A DNA stretch of 63,729 bases, counting the filler, from Corallochytrium limacisporum Hawaii (Eukaryota > Protista > Pluriformea), in NCBI GenBank assembly GCA_002811645.1. It is 5 parts of 5 records of this genome, joined end to end, with 100 filler letters (N's around TTAATTAATTAA, not from the genome) between each part and the next. Parts side by side here need not be neighbours in the genome. Positions count along the whole stretch, not along the records: positions 1 to 16,457 come from PDIP01000170.1; positions 16,558 to 31,988 come from PDIP01000123.1; 3 more parts are not named here. One strand, 5' to 3'. A program made the position numbers and the translations under genes. The notes below the pieces were generated by a model. The model did no database searches. It saw only the letters and a program-made list of their open reading frames with translations, and was not told the DNA's origin. Within the stretch, counting starts at the first letter, position 1. Each line of letters opens with the position of its first letter. Positions 10,400 through 21,700 of the stretch are shown piece after piece.

Positions 10400-12307
10400 A
10401 TGCTCTCATTTGCACTGACTGCCGTTTTAGTTCCCCTGATGGGAAGTGCAGGTGCGAGTGCTCTGCTAATGGAGCCCCTCCTCGCAGAGGCAGACATTGA
10501 TCTCGACTTGTCGGTGGACCGTAGTATGGCAAACGGTAGTGGAATCCCTGCGTACGAGACAGCCTGGATTAACCAGACTCTCGATCATTTTTCCTATGAC
10601 GCTGAGGCGGCGACCTTCAAAGAACGAGTCCTGTACAACATTGACTACTTCAAGGAAAGATGGTGCCCTGGTGGTGACTCCGCCGCTCACAGGCACAGCA
10701 ACTGGCCTCCGACAATTATCCTTTACACGGGCAACGAGGGCAATATTGAAACTTTCTGGAACAACAGTGGCTTTGCTTTTGATCTGGCAAAGCGTCATGG
10801 TGCTGCCGTAGTTTTTCCGGAACATCGCTACTATGGCAAAACTGGCCCGGAATGCAAGGATCCCAAGACGCAGGGTGAGTGCTACCGGTTCCTGACAACC
10901 GAACAGGCCATTGCTGACTATGCTGCACTGGCTGTTGGCTTCCGCGGCGTATTGTTGGACCCCGATTTCTGCAGCGATACCAGAAACTCGGAACTAGTTC
11001 AACGATTGGACACCCGGTCTACCAAGCATTACCCGCTTGACAGTCCCCAAGACATCCGAGTCATGGCAGTGGGTGGATCCTACGGTGGAATGCTGACCAC
11101 GTACTTCCGTTACCGTTACCCAAATATTGTGCAGGCTGCTTTGGCCGCCAGTGCACCGATCGCTCCAGACCACGAAGATGTTCTCGACCGAGTGATGACC
11201 GAACACTGGACCACGCCATTTGGCACCTCTATTGACCAGGCACCGGCTCAAGATTTCCACTTCAATTCAATCATCACGGAATCATTCCACCGGCACGGGG
11301 ACTGCGACGAGCCAATCCGTAGGGCATTGAGTGTTTTAAACGACCTTGGCTCTACAGACGATAATCCCAGTCCGCAGGTGGCTCAGGCCATCCAGACAGC
11401 TTTCCATCTCTGCGACCCGCTGAAGACCAACACTGACATTGATGCGGTGGTCGCCTGGGTGATCGATGCGATTGGCTATACAGCCATGGTCAACTACGAC
11501 ACGCCGACAAACTTCCTGGCTCCGTTGCCAGCTGATCCAGTCAGTGTCATGTGCAAGGGTGTTAACGGTGCACTAGACAGTCTGGCCCTGAACTTGGACA
11601 CTGGACCTACCAGCGGCAAGAAACAGAATGATTCCCAGCCGGGCTCGTCGCCTAATACTATGACTCCTGCAGAAGCCTCAAGCGTACTCTATCCCATTAT
11701 GGATGTTTATCGCAATACTACCGGTACGACGGAATGCTTCAAGTTGACAACCGCCGATCCCAACCAGAATTTCGGCTTGAACCAATGGGATTACCAGACC
11801 TGTACACAGTACCCATTCCCTATCGCATCAAATGGTAAAACTGACTTCTTGCCGCCGCAGTCATTCGACATTCCATCCTTTATTGAAGATTGCAAGGATC
11901 AGTTTAGCGTCACTCCTCGATGGGGTTGGATTGCGCTGGCCTACGGTGCTATGCGCCCGGACTCTGCCGGTAGGATAATTTACTCGAACGGAGAGATGGA
12001 TCCTTGGTCGGCCTATGGTGTCATTGGCGACCCCGACCGACCTATCCGCCCGGATTTGTGCACCATACACCTTGGCTTTGGCTCCGAGTGGGAAGACTTG
12101 GTGAACATGGCAACGGTCAAAGCCAGCTTGAACCTAGGCGTCTGTAACAATCTCGCTGTTTACATCTACGACCATGCGCATCACGCCGACCTGCGGACAC
12201 CACAGCCAAAGGTGGATCGGCCTCAGTTGGTCAGAGCACGCGATATGGAGGAGTATGCACTCGGCCTCTGGCTGAAGAAGTCACTCGGTGATGAATTCAA
12301 CATGTGA
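10400..12307 (+). CDS. Serine carboxypeptidase S28 (prolylcarboxypeptidase/DPP2-like), secreted or lysosomal
   Basis: Signal peptide; QTLDHF, YTGNEG, EHRYYGKT, GGSYGGML, ASAPI, SNGEMDPW, HHADL. Confidence 0.95.
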   Translation: MLSFALTAVLVPLMGSAGASALLMEPLLAEADIDLDLSVDRSMANGSGIPAYETAWINQTLDHFSYDAEAATFKERVLYNIDYFKERWCPGGDSAAHRHSNWPPTIILYTGNEGNIETFWNNSGFAFDLAKRHGAAVVFPEHRYYGKTGPECKDPKTQGECYRFLTTEQAIADYAALAVGFRGVLLDPDFCSDTRNSELVQRLDTRSTKHYPLDSPQDIRVMAVGGSYGGMLTTYFRYRYPNIVQAALAASAPIAPDHEDVLDRVMTEHWTTPFGTSIDQAPAQDFHFNSIITESFHRHGDCDEPIRRALSVLNDLGSTDDNPSPQVAQAIQTAFHLCDPLKTNTDIDAVVAWVIDAIGYTAMVNYDTPTNFLAPLPADPVSVMCKGVNGALDSLALNLDTGPTSGKKQNDSQPGSSPNTMTPAEASSVLYPIMDVYRNTTGTTECFKLTTADPNQNFGLNQWDYQTCTQYPFPIASNGKTDFLPPQSFDIPSFIEDCKDQFSVTPRWGWIALAYGAMRPDSAGRIIYSNGEMDPWSAYGVIGDPDRPIRPDLCTIHLGFGSEWEDLVNMATVKASLNLGVCNNLAVYIYDHAHHADLRTPQPKVDRPQLVRARDMEEYALGLWLKKSLGDEFNM

Positions 12308-12578
12308 ATTGATAAAGAAAGACTTGAAATAATGCATTGTCCTTGACATGAAATGATCAAAGCGGTTTTGCTCTTTTACTACCATATCATAAAATTGTAA
12401 GTCACTGGTTCCTCTCCAGAAGCCGTACTCAAGGTGCCTGTGCTGCCCGGGTTGTACGTTTTGCGAACATGAGCTCCCGAAACCATTGGGTCACATGTTC
12501 TTTACCTCTTGCCCGTCCTTTTCTCATGATAACCCATGAGTCCGTTGTGAAGTTTTGGATCGGCAGTGTCTCCTTTGC

Positions 12579-14261
12579 TTACTTTGGAGTCCGCAATAAT
12601 GGACTCGACTCCGAATGTCCTGTTCCGGGAGAAATGCCAGGGGTACTTCTTGCGCTGTGGGCGCCGTCGCTGCGCCTTGGTAGCGGACCTAGCAGAGGGC
12701 TGGGATCGGTGCTCTCAAAGCGAGGTAGGTGTGGACGACGCTGCAGGGAAGAGCGAGTCGAGCGCGTAGCCAGACCTTCTCCAGACGCCCGCATAGGATT
12801 TGATCGGTTATCTGTGCGAAAGCGCTCGGAATCCGCCCGGAAGAGCTCGCCGTTTTGATTGTGGACAGTTTTGCGAACTGCACGGATACGCCTGGCTACG
12901 TCCACAAAGACATCCGTCTCGTCAATGATTTCCTCCCCGATGAGCTCCTCAATGATGTCTTCCAGGGTAACCACACCGATGTACTCCCGGGTACCAGTTG
13001 TGGCGTCAATGCGGTGCACCAATGCCATGTGACCCTGATCACCTTTCTGAAACTCATTCAGCATGTCGTAGAGACTAAAGTTCTCGTCCACGTCATGCAT
13101 CATACCAATGCGCAGATCTTTGACGCGTGTTTCATCGGCAGGATTTAGTTTTATCAGATTCTTTACCAGAATGATGCCAATGATGTTGTTGCGCTCCTTG
13201 CGGTAAACTGGAATACGTGAATATCCCTTGGAAATGATGCTATCCATAACTGATTCGTCCAGCAATTCCTCAGTATTCAGCATAAATACCGCATCCATAG
13301 GTGTCAATACATCCCCCACTGTCTTATTTCGCATGTCCAGAGCGCTCTTGATCACAGTGGCCTCGTCCGCTGTCAGAGGGTCCTCATTTGCCTCGTTTCC
13401 GATAGAATGCAGGTGGACAAACTCTCGCAGCTCCGCCCTGCGGAAGAATGTACCGTGGTCCTCACCTAAAACGCAGTCCAGAGTCTTGGAGATTGGCCAG
13501 GCAATGGGCATCATGACCCACATCAATAGCTCCACCAACCATGCCAGGTTGGCACCAACAGCGAGCCCGAATCGAGTGCAAATGGCCTGAGGGATGATCT
13601 CACCGAACATCAAAATGAGTGTCACGGACAGGATGACTGCCACAACAGGGTGTACGATACGGTCCAAAAAGATGGGCAGGGCCTCCATGCATGCACTGTT
13701 GACCAGCAGGAGCGTTACCAGCAGAAGGTGGTGCTTTTCTACGACCGGAATGATACGACCGGCGTAGGCCCGGGCTTTTTCATCGCTACCGTTTTGGTAT
13801 ACCCTGAGAATGCTGATATCCAAGGACAGCAATCCCATGGTCAGACCACTCATGAGACCTGCAAATAGCACAAGAAACAGCGAGATCATGACGCAGAGCC
13901 AAAAGTCCAGACTACCCGGCGGATACCGTTCGTCGCGATGAATGTCGTACGTGCGGCCATCATCGCACTCCAGCGAACGAATGTGCTCTGCTTTATTTTC
14001 CGTCACAATGCACACCACTTTATCCTCACCAGGCTGGTGAGGATCCGGTTCGGGATGTTTCGTTGTGGTGCTTGTCTTTGACTTGCTCGAAGAACCCGTT
14101 TTTGAAGAACTGGAGCCTACTTGGTCACTTTCTGACCCGACTGGGCCAGTAGGCAAGGGTAAGATGTTGGTGTGCTCGCCCGCCGTCCGAAAAGGAGCAG
14201 CGATTGTGTTGACCACAATGCTCAGCAGTAGCACGTACTGCAATAATTTAGAACTTCGCAT
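12579..14261 (-). CDS. CNNM/DUF21-CBS metal transporter (MAM3-like)
   Basis: FAGLMSGLTMGLLSLD, HLLLVTLLL, FGEIIPQAIC, CBS pair (GYSRIPVY, GVVTLEDIIEELIGEEIIDETD); signal peptide from ATG 14261. Confidence 0.95.
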   Translation of the reverse strand: MRSSKLLQYVLLLSIVVNTIAAPFRTAGEHTNILPLPTGPVGSESDQVGSSSSKTGSSSKSKTSTTTKHPEPDPHQPGEDKVVCIVTENKAEHIRSLECDDGRTYDIHRDERYPPGSLDFWLCVMISLFLVLFAGLMSGLTMGLLSLDISILRVYQNGSDEKARAYAGRIIPVVEKHHLLLVTLLLVNSACMEALPIFLDRIVHPVVAVILSVTLILMFGEIIPQAICTRFGLAVGANLAWLVELLMWVMMPIAWPISKTLDCVLGEDHGTFFRRAELREFVHLHSIGNEANEDPLTADEATVIKSALDMRNKTVGDVLTPMDAVFMLNTEELLDESVMDSIISKGYSRIPVYRKERNNIIGIILVKNLIKLNPADETRVKDLRIGMMHDVDENFSLYDMLNEFQKGDQGHMALVHRIDATTGTREYIGVVTLEDIIEELIGEEIIDETDVFVDVARRIRAVRKTVHNQNGELFRADSERFRTDNRSNPMRASGEGLATRSTRSSLQRRPHLPRFESTDPSPLLGPLPRRSDGAHSARSTPGISPGTGHSESSPLLRTPK

Positions 14262-16379
14262 GATGTTTGCGTGCACGGTTTCCTCTTCCAGGTGATTCTG
14301 AGATGTGTCACTATCAATAGACTTCCTTGTGGGACGTCCTAGGTTCTACAAAACTGCTCCATTGCTACAGAGCATATGTCACAAGCAACGCTACCCCCTT
14401 ACTGTTTCTTCACTTTTGTTCTCTCGATTCGCAAAAGTGCGTTTGTAACCCAATGCGTGGGTCATCAATGGATCAACACTTACCGTCTCATACTCCTCCT
14501 GTTCAATCATCTTCTGTGCAGAAATACCATCAAGCATACGGTAATTCATTACCAGCAGAAATTACACCGGAAGAGCTCAGTAGTGGCAAAATGCCGGGAC
14601 TTCCACGCGCGAGTTTGATTGTCGCACCCTCGATGCACAGTCCCAAAGCAACCGAGTCTTATCGTGCTGGCAAGAAAGTCAGCAGAGACACACGCCATAC
14701 ACGAACCCCTGCCCCGGTGGCGGGCGGGGTGTGGGCAAAATTTCGGTGTTGTATTGAGTTTACCTACGTTACTCATTTTCTTTCTCTATCCCTCGGTATG
14801 TGTTCGGGTATTTGTTCGAACCGGACCTCGGGCAAGCAAGGAAGGCAGTTTGCGCATTGCACATCAGTTTTTCTGTTGCCGACCGAGTTCTCTCGGATGT
14901 GCCTTAACTGTGTTTCCTTGTGTGCCGGACCTACTGCAGTTCCGCAACCTTCGAACCGGGTCCCACCCACACCCCCCCCCCACCTTCTCCTCCCACTACG
15001 CTTTGTCCTTTGCCCCGTCCTCTCTCCTCTTTTCGCAATTTTTTTTTTACTCTAGAATCCGTGTCATGAAGCTCAAGTTGTTATCTATTTTATTCGGGGA
15101 CTCTCCGGTGTGCCAAAAACAATAAACTTTGCAGTGAATCACCTCCTCCTCCTCCCCACTTATTTGTTATCTCGTGTTATTGCTTTTAGGGACAGGCGGA
15201 TCTCCCACTCTCCCCCCCCCCTCCCTCCCCTCTCCGGGCGGGGTGCTCTTTCCTTTCCTTCCAAGAGCGCGGTCGGGGAAAATCCTTTGGCCTCCCCCCA
15301 CCCCTCCCCTCTCCTTCTTTGTGTATGTGTGCTGACGGTTTTATGGCCCCTGTGTTGCTGCTTGCTCTTAGGCTTCTGCTTCATGTTGTTGTCATAACGA
15401 AAGAAGGGCGCGTCCCGCAGTTTGTTTGCTTGCGCTCTGTTTCCGCATAAACCTACCCCCTCCCCCGGCCCCTTTTCTTCGAGCCTGACGAGAACGACCG
15501 GTTTCGCCGATTACCGTCCGAGCGGTGCCGGGCCGACTGTGGGTGCTCTCGCTGCCTGACTCCTTCGCGTACTCGCAGTACTTGTCCCGCTCAGTCTCCG
15601 GTGTGGGAGAGTAGGTGGGTTTTTTCTGCGCAGGTGCGAGAGTGGCTTCTGCAGCCTCCACGTCGCTCGCGTGTTCGGGCGTTCGGGCGGTGAAGGCATT
15701 GCCTGTCCCGCTTGCTGACCAAGGAGGGTTGAAAGAGTGGTTGGTGGTTCTTTGCGGTGGGTGGATAGCCGGTCGGGTGCGAGTGTGGGACGACGGGGTG
15801 ATAGGTTAATGGTGGTACCCCATGCATCCATTCGATCGCCCTCGGGCCCGACCGGGGAGGTGAGGTGAACAGTCCTATGTTTCGGGGACGGTTCACCGAA
15901 GAGTATTTCCTTTGGCTCCCGTTTCTGCCGAAGGTACAAATGTCCACGCATACGTTTGTTGGCACAATCTCATTGTTAGAGATAGAGAATGGACTGAAGT
16001 CATCATCCGGGAGATGATTTCTTCTGCGTGTGTGTATTTCTTGATTGTGGCCGAGGTCCTGATAAGCGCTTCATGGATTGCGGTGGTCGGACAGAAGGGG
16101 GCGGGGGTAAGAGGGGGGGAGGCGGTACTCCTCAATACCCACCATAACAGGTTTACCTCCGCAAAATCGATAGGTTTCTTTTGAAATTTGGATAAATTTT
16201 CTTCACTCGGTTATATATCCCCTTCGTAGAAAGCAATGCAAACGCGGGGTGTCGCTGTTGGTGGCCACGGGCTGGGCGTATCCTTTCCTCCACTGTGCTT
16301 TCTACGGCGAACGGCCATAGTTCGTTCATGTGGGTGCCTTGTTGTGTAGGGACACCTTATCAAGAACTTCAATAACTGG

Positions 16380-16694
16380 TACCACCCTCTGTCTGAGAAT
16401 ATTGTATCAAATCTACTCATTTTGATTTAGCTCTGCCGTCGCTTGGGAGAGCGGGAANNNNNNNNNNNNNNNNNNNNNNNNNNNNNNNNNNNNNNNNNNN
16501 NTTAATTAATTAANNNNNNNNNNNNNNNNNNNNNNNNNNNNNNNNNNNNNNNNNNNNATGATTGTTAAAAAGAGCAAAATATAATAAAATAGAATAGAAT
16601 CAATATAAATTAACCTACAATCAAGATTGAAAAAGATCCTCGGGAGTCTAGTTTTTCGGAGTTTTGACCCTGACATACCAGACAGAGGGTGGTA
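16380..16694. mobile_element. Putative Tc1/mariner-superfamily element spanning the first gap: 14-bp TIR CCACCCTCTGTCTG, TA on both outer flanks, interior unassembled
   Basis: TA|CCACCCTCTGTCTG at 16380-16395 and CAGACAGAGGGTGG|TA at 16679-16694; no transposase visible; pairing across the linker is inferred. Confidence 0.65.
16458..16557. other. Artificial contig linker 44N-TTAATTAATTAA-44N
   Basis: Exactly 100 bp, stops in all six frames, identical at four places in the window. Confidence 0.97.
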
Positions 16695-18726
16695 TATTTT
16701 TAGGCCCCCCTTATTTTTGGCTGTTTCTCCGACGTTATAAACTGAGTAACCTAATGATCTAATTAAAATAAATTGACGAGAAAATCCGGCGCCGCCGGCT
16801 CCCCCCCCTTTTTCCTTGCCCTTGCTGAAGTAGCAAGGTCATCTACTTTTTTTTTCGACTTTTTGTGGGAGGTGGGGGGGGGATGGTTGGCCTTCGTTCC
16901 TCCTCTCTGCTGTGAAAAGAGAACTCTCTCTCCGTCTCTGTTCCCCCCCCCCCCTCTTGGGCACCAGTTTCGGTATGGGGTTCTAAGGGTAGGAACTTAT
17001 CGGTACTCTCGACGCCCTCACCGCTCTCTCTTCCTCGCTCTGGTCTAACCATTTTTTTTTCTTTTCTTTCTTCCTCGTTTTTCCCTATCGCCCGGGGAGG
17101 GGTGTGTGTGTGTGCGTGGTTCATTCGCGAAGGAAAGAAGGGAAAGTGCCAGGGCTGTGGCCGGGAAAAGGTTGGTTGGATGGTGAGACGGAGAAGGGCG
17201 GGAAGGGAAACGACACAGCCGTGGGTCCGAACGCGCTGATGCCTCCCCCCTTCCCTCTCTTCCTGCAGAGCACCGGATTTGGGGGCCTATTTTACCACGA
17301 AGAGACAATGGAAAAAAAAGGACGGTGAACATGCGCTTGAAACGGCAAAAGTCAATATATTTCAGGTACCCAACACATGGACTCCAGTTGGTGAGACCTG
17401 TGCAGGTCTTTGACCACTGGACAGGCCGGGTCGGTCTAAGCGGGTGTGTAAGTGGTGGTACTACGGAAGACGGGGCTGCCCGGGGAGGCCGCAACCAAAA
17501 GATTAAAGATAAAAAAAAGGTACGCAGATTCGCCGTAGTGAAAGTACCAAATCCTACAAATGTCACAACAATTACGCCATTGGGAGGGTGCCACTATGGC
17601 GTTCGTGTGGGTGGTGGGTGGAGTTCTGAAGAGGAAGAAAAAACTTTGCTGACGTTCACTACTGAAAGCGCACCGCTGTCTTTCTTTAGTCTCTCTTTGT
17701 GTTTTGGGGAAGAGAAGCTGAACCATTCCATCCGCAACCGCCCCACTCGGCTCAACACAAACCCTCACTCACCCATGTCCTGGCCTTCATAGAGCGCGTG
17801 GTTTCTATAGTGAATGTATCGATCCCCATCTCCTTCATCCAGATTATTGCTGGTTTATTTCGCTGGCCCCCCCCCCTTCCCTATCTGTTGTTCGGGTCTG
17901 CCTCGCAGCGTGGGGGGAGGGGGGGGGGTGTGCTTGTCAGAACGGTCCCGGTCCCCACCCCCCCTCCCTGTCCCGCTTTCCTTCCTCTGCGCGGCTGCAG
18001 CTGGCGTAGTGAATGAACGGTACACCATCGCCTCGAAGGAAGGAGGAGGCGGGGCTTTGCTTGGTTCTCCAGAGGTTCCCCAGTTTTGGGGGACACAACG
18101 GAAGGCGGGGGGTTTGAGACAAGACTGGTCTGGAAGAGTGATATGACGACTACGATGTGAGATGCAGCTCGTGGGCCGAAGTGATGTGTCGCCACGGGCA
18201 CCATCAAGCTTTCAGTTATGCCACTGGTTCGTGCCCTGTGGTGGCATTTTGCATCTTGTCTGGTATCGGTAGCTTTTGGGACACTTCTCACAATAAAGTG
18301 CTGTGTTAGGTGAACCAGATATGAGACTGACGTCTTCGACGTTTCTGAAGTTTAGTGCAGGTCCGTGATCCAGGTCCTTGAGAGAGATACACACTGTTCA
18401 CGGGGAAACAAACAAAGTTCATGTTGTGTGAAAGACAAGACAAAAGGATTCCAGACAAGTGTTATAGAAGTGCAAGCAGAACTGCCATGGAAAGCGATCA
18501 ATAGCGGCTGCGACGTAGTTACCATTTGGTCCAAAAAATAGTGGGTACATTTGAACAAAACTCAGAAATGCGGTGTTGAAGCTCAACAGTAGTCAAAAGA
18601 GACCGTCTTTTCGGTTATAGAAAACCAGTTTACGCAAGACTAGCGATAAAATTCGCTTGGGGCTGGTCCCTGTTGCGTACAGGTCCGTTGTTCATTATTG
18701 GTGCAGAATCCCAATAACAGACGAAC

Positions 18727-21700
18727 ATGACGAGCATTGAAGTACGTCGAAGAAGTTATGACGTGCTCTTGCACTATGGATTTCGGAGCCATGGTGAAGA
18801 AGATAGTCCAGACGCGTCCGATGACTCTGCCATGAGCCCAAGATTAGACAGTGATGACCGGGAAGTACTGTATTCCTCCATCTCCTCGGTAGAGACTGCC
18901 GCCGAACGGCACCATCGGATATATATGCAAGTCGTAGGCCAAGATCCGATCAAATCAATTTTGAAAAATCGGTTCTGTCCTATTTACCTCGAGAGACGCG
19001 CTAGCGGTGGTTCAGGCTTGCCTGATTTTGAAACAATCGTAGAAGCAGAAAAGACAGGGTTACCGCGGCCAGACTCCTCCTCCTCCGTAGATCCGATTGT
19101 GGACTCGGACGAGGAAGAGGAGCGCCTGACTCAGGCATCGAAATCACGGCACGAAGAGTCACGTTCGAAGCGTAAGGAAAAAGCCGCCGCAGAACGTGCA
19201 GCTAGAAAGAACGAAAAGCGCGTATCCATGTCGTTCAGATATCGCAATGCCAGCGAATCGAGTTTGCAATCTATTGACTTTGAGCAGCACGAGAGTACAT
19301 TGGTGCGGTTTAATTTGGGTAGGAATGTCGTGCACAAGTACAAGAAGCCATCGAAAAAGGATCAGAGGAAGTTGGAACGGGCCAGACAGCGTAGACTGAG
19401 CGAGTCGAGCGATGACAATAGCAGTACCACCGACGACATGAACACAAGCAGCCTTAGTGATTCTGCTAGTGAGAACTCTGACTATGAAGATCCGCACGGA
19501 GAGATACACACACCAGAGGCATCCCCGCGACGAATTTTTGATGCGTGGGTAAAAAACGTGGACAGTGTGGAAAATAGTATTCCACAGGTGCTGGAGTTCA
19601 AATCGAACAAGTCTGGGAAGAACCGAAAAGGTGGCGGCCAAAAGGGTGGTGAGGCCAACGGCGGTGGCCAGAAAGACCATCCCGGACAGAATGGCAGTAC
19701 CAACAATGGTGGCAACCAGGGCGATAAGAACGGAAGTGACCAGCCACAGCAGAACGGTCATGCTGGTGGTGATGGTGGTGGTGATGGCGGCGACGGCGAT
19801 CAGAACAACGGCGACAAACATGGAGAAGGCGCTGCTGCCGCTAAAAGGAAACGGAAACGCAACAAAAAGAAGAAGAAGAAGAAACCCGGGAACCAGAACG
19901 CTCCTGCCGGTGCCGTGGGTGGCACTGCAGAAGCAGACGACGACGAAGAGGACATCTGGCACCAGGTGGGTAAGAAGATGCAGTCAATGAACATAAAGTC
20001 CGGTCGTGGCCCGCATGACGATCCCCACCATCACGCAGATGACGAGGGGGATTCTGACCATGAAGCCGGCTTCGAGAGTGCGAAGGAGTCGCCCGACCGT
20101 GTCGAGAACCATGAAGCAGCGGATCAGGGGGGCATAATTTACTCTGGCATGTCCATGGCAACCCACGCTCTTAATGCCTTCTACACCAGCGCCAGGAGCT
20201 ACCTTGGTGGCACCGAGAGCACGGGAAAGGGGACTCAGCTGTGGGATGTTGATGATGACTTTGAACCACACACTGTGGACCCAGATAGTGGGAATGTGCT
20301 GATCCGTCGAACCTCCGAATCGTCGACGGTCATTACAGAAGTTGATGACGAGACTTCAGCCAGCGGACAGCCCGTTGCGATCAATGCCGATGGTGTAACC
20401 CTGAGGACTCGTATTACTAGTGTCGCAGAGGAAAATGAGGATGTAGAAGAGTGGAAGGGCAAATTTGGCGAAGTCATGGATGAAGACGACGGTGACCAGG
20501 ATGAACCTGAAAGTGGACTAACCACTTTGTCAAAACTGGCCAGTAAAGCGCCATCTTCAGCCAGCGAAATGGTGAGCGCCATCGGAGGTCATTCCATCTT
20601 CAACCGCTTTGGAGGAGGAAGCAGTGAAGGCTACGGTGGCGCCGCCAAGCCCGGTCAGGCTGGCCTGGAAAACTTGGGCAATACTTGTTTCATGAATAGT
20701 GTGATACAATGCCTGAGCAACACCAGGGAACTCAAAGAAGCGTTTGTCGACCACCCGGACGACTTGGTGGTGAATACATCAAATCCTCTGGGCACTGGGG
20801 GCGCTTTGGCTTTGAGTTTTGGCAATGTTCTCAACCTCTTATGGAGTGGTGAGCACTCCGTGGTAGCGCCGCGTGATCTCAAGCGTCGCGTGGGTCACCT
20901 GCATGCCCAGTTCCAAGGCTTTCAACAACATGATGCACAGGAATTCATGTGCTTCCTATTGGATGGACTGCACGAAGATCTCAACCGAATCGAAAAGAAG
21001 CCGTACGTAGAAGCCAAGTCGTACGATGGCAAGCAGGCCCTGGACGAATTTGCTCGCGAGAGCTGGGAGCGATACAAGATGCGCAACAATAGCTGCATAG
21101 TGGACTTTTTCCAGGGACAATTGATGTCCAAACTGGAATGCTCTGACTGTGGTGAAAAGTCGAAGACCTTTGACCCGGTCATGTACCTCTCAGTCCCGCT
21201 CACTGTGAAGCGCCAGTTTGCCCTGGATATTCTGTACGTTCCTCACGCGCAGAACAAGTCCGGCTATAAGAGCGAAGTTCAATGTATTCAGATTGCCTGC
21301 GAAGAAGGATCCACCATAGGTGAGAGCCTAGAGAGGCTGTCTGAACTTGTAGACGTCCCTGTGGACCGCCTACTGACCACCCTGGTGCGCCGTCGCCAGC
21401 TGTACGCTGTACTCCATGACGATGAATACCTATACCAGCGTGATGTAAAAGGAACGGACATGGACATTGTCGTTTATGGACTGCCCGAGGGCATTAGTAA
21501 GGAGCAGTCGGAACCTGAAGGACCAAAGGACATAATTCCGGACTTTGTCTCCTACCTGGTCAATATATCCGCCTGTGTGACCGACGAGCAGACCGAATGC
21601 GGTAACTGTGGCCGTGAGGAAGGCGCCTTGACCGAAGCGGGAGAGACAGTAACGCTGAAGCGTTGTTCAAAGTGTCTGAATGTTGCCTACTGCGGCACAG

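Noticed and set aside
16502-16513. Palindrome TTAATTAATTAA repeated four times
   Set aside because: Centred in exactly 100-bp N linkers; an assembly spacer with six-frame stops, not biology.
14327-18558. Many short ORFs upstream of CNNM and USP
   Set aside because: They arise from poly-C/G/T-rich non-coding leaders and have no coding signature.
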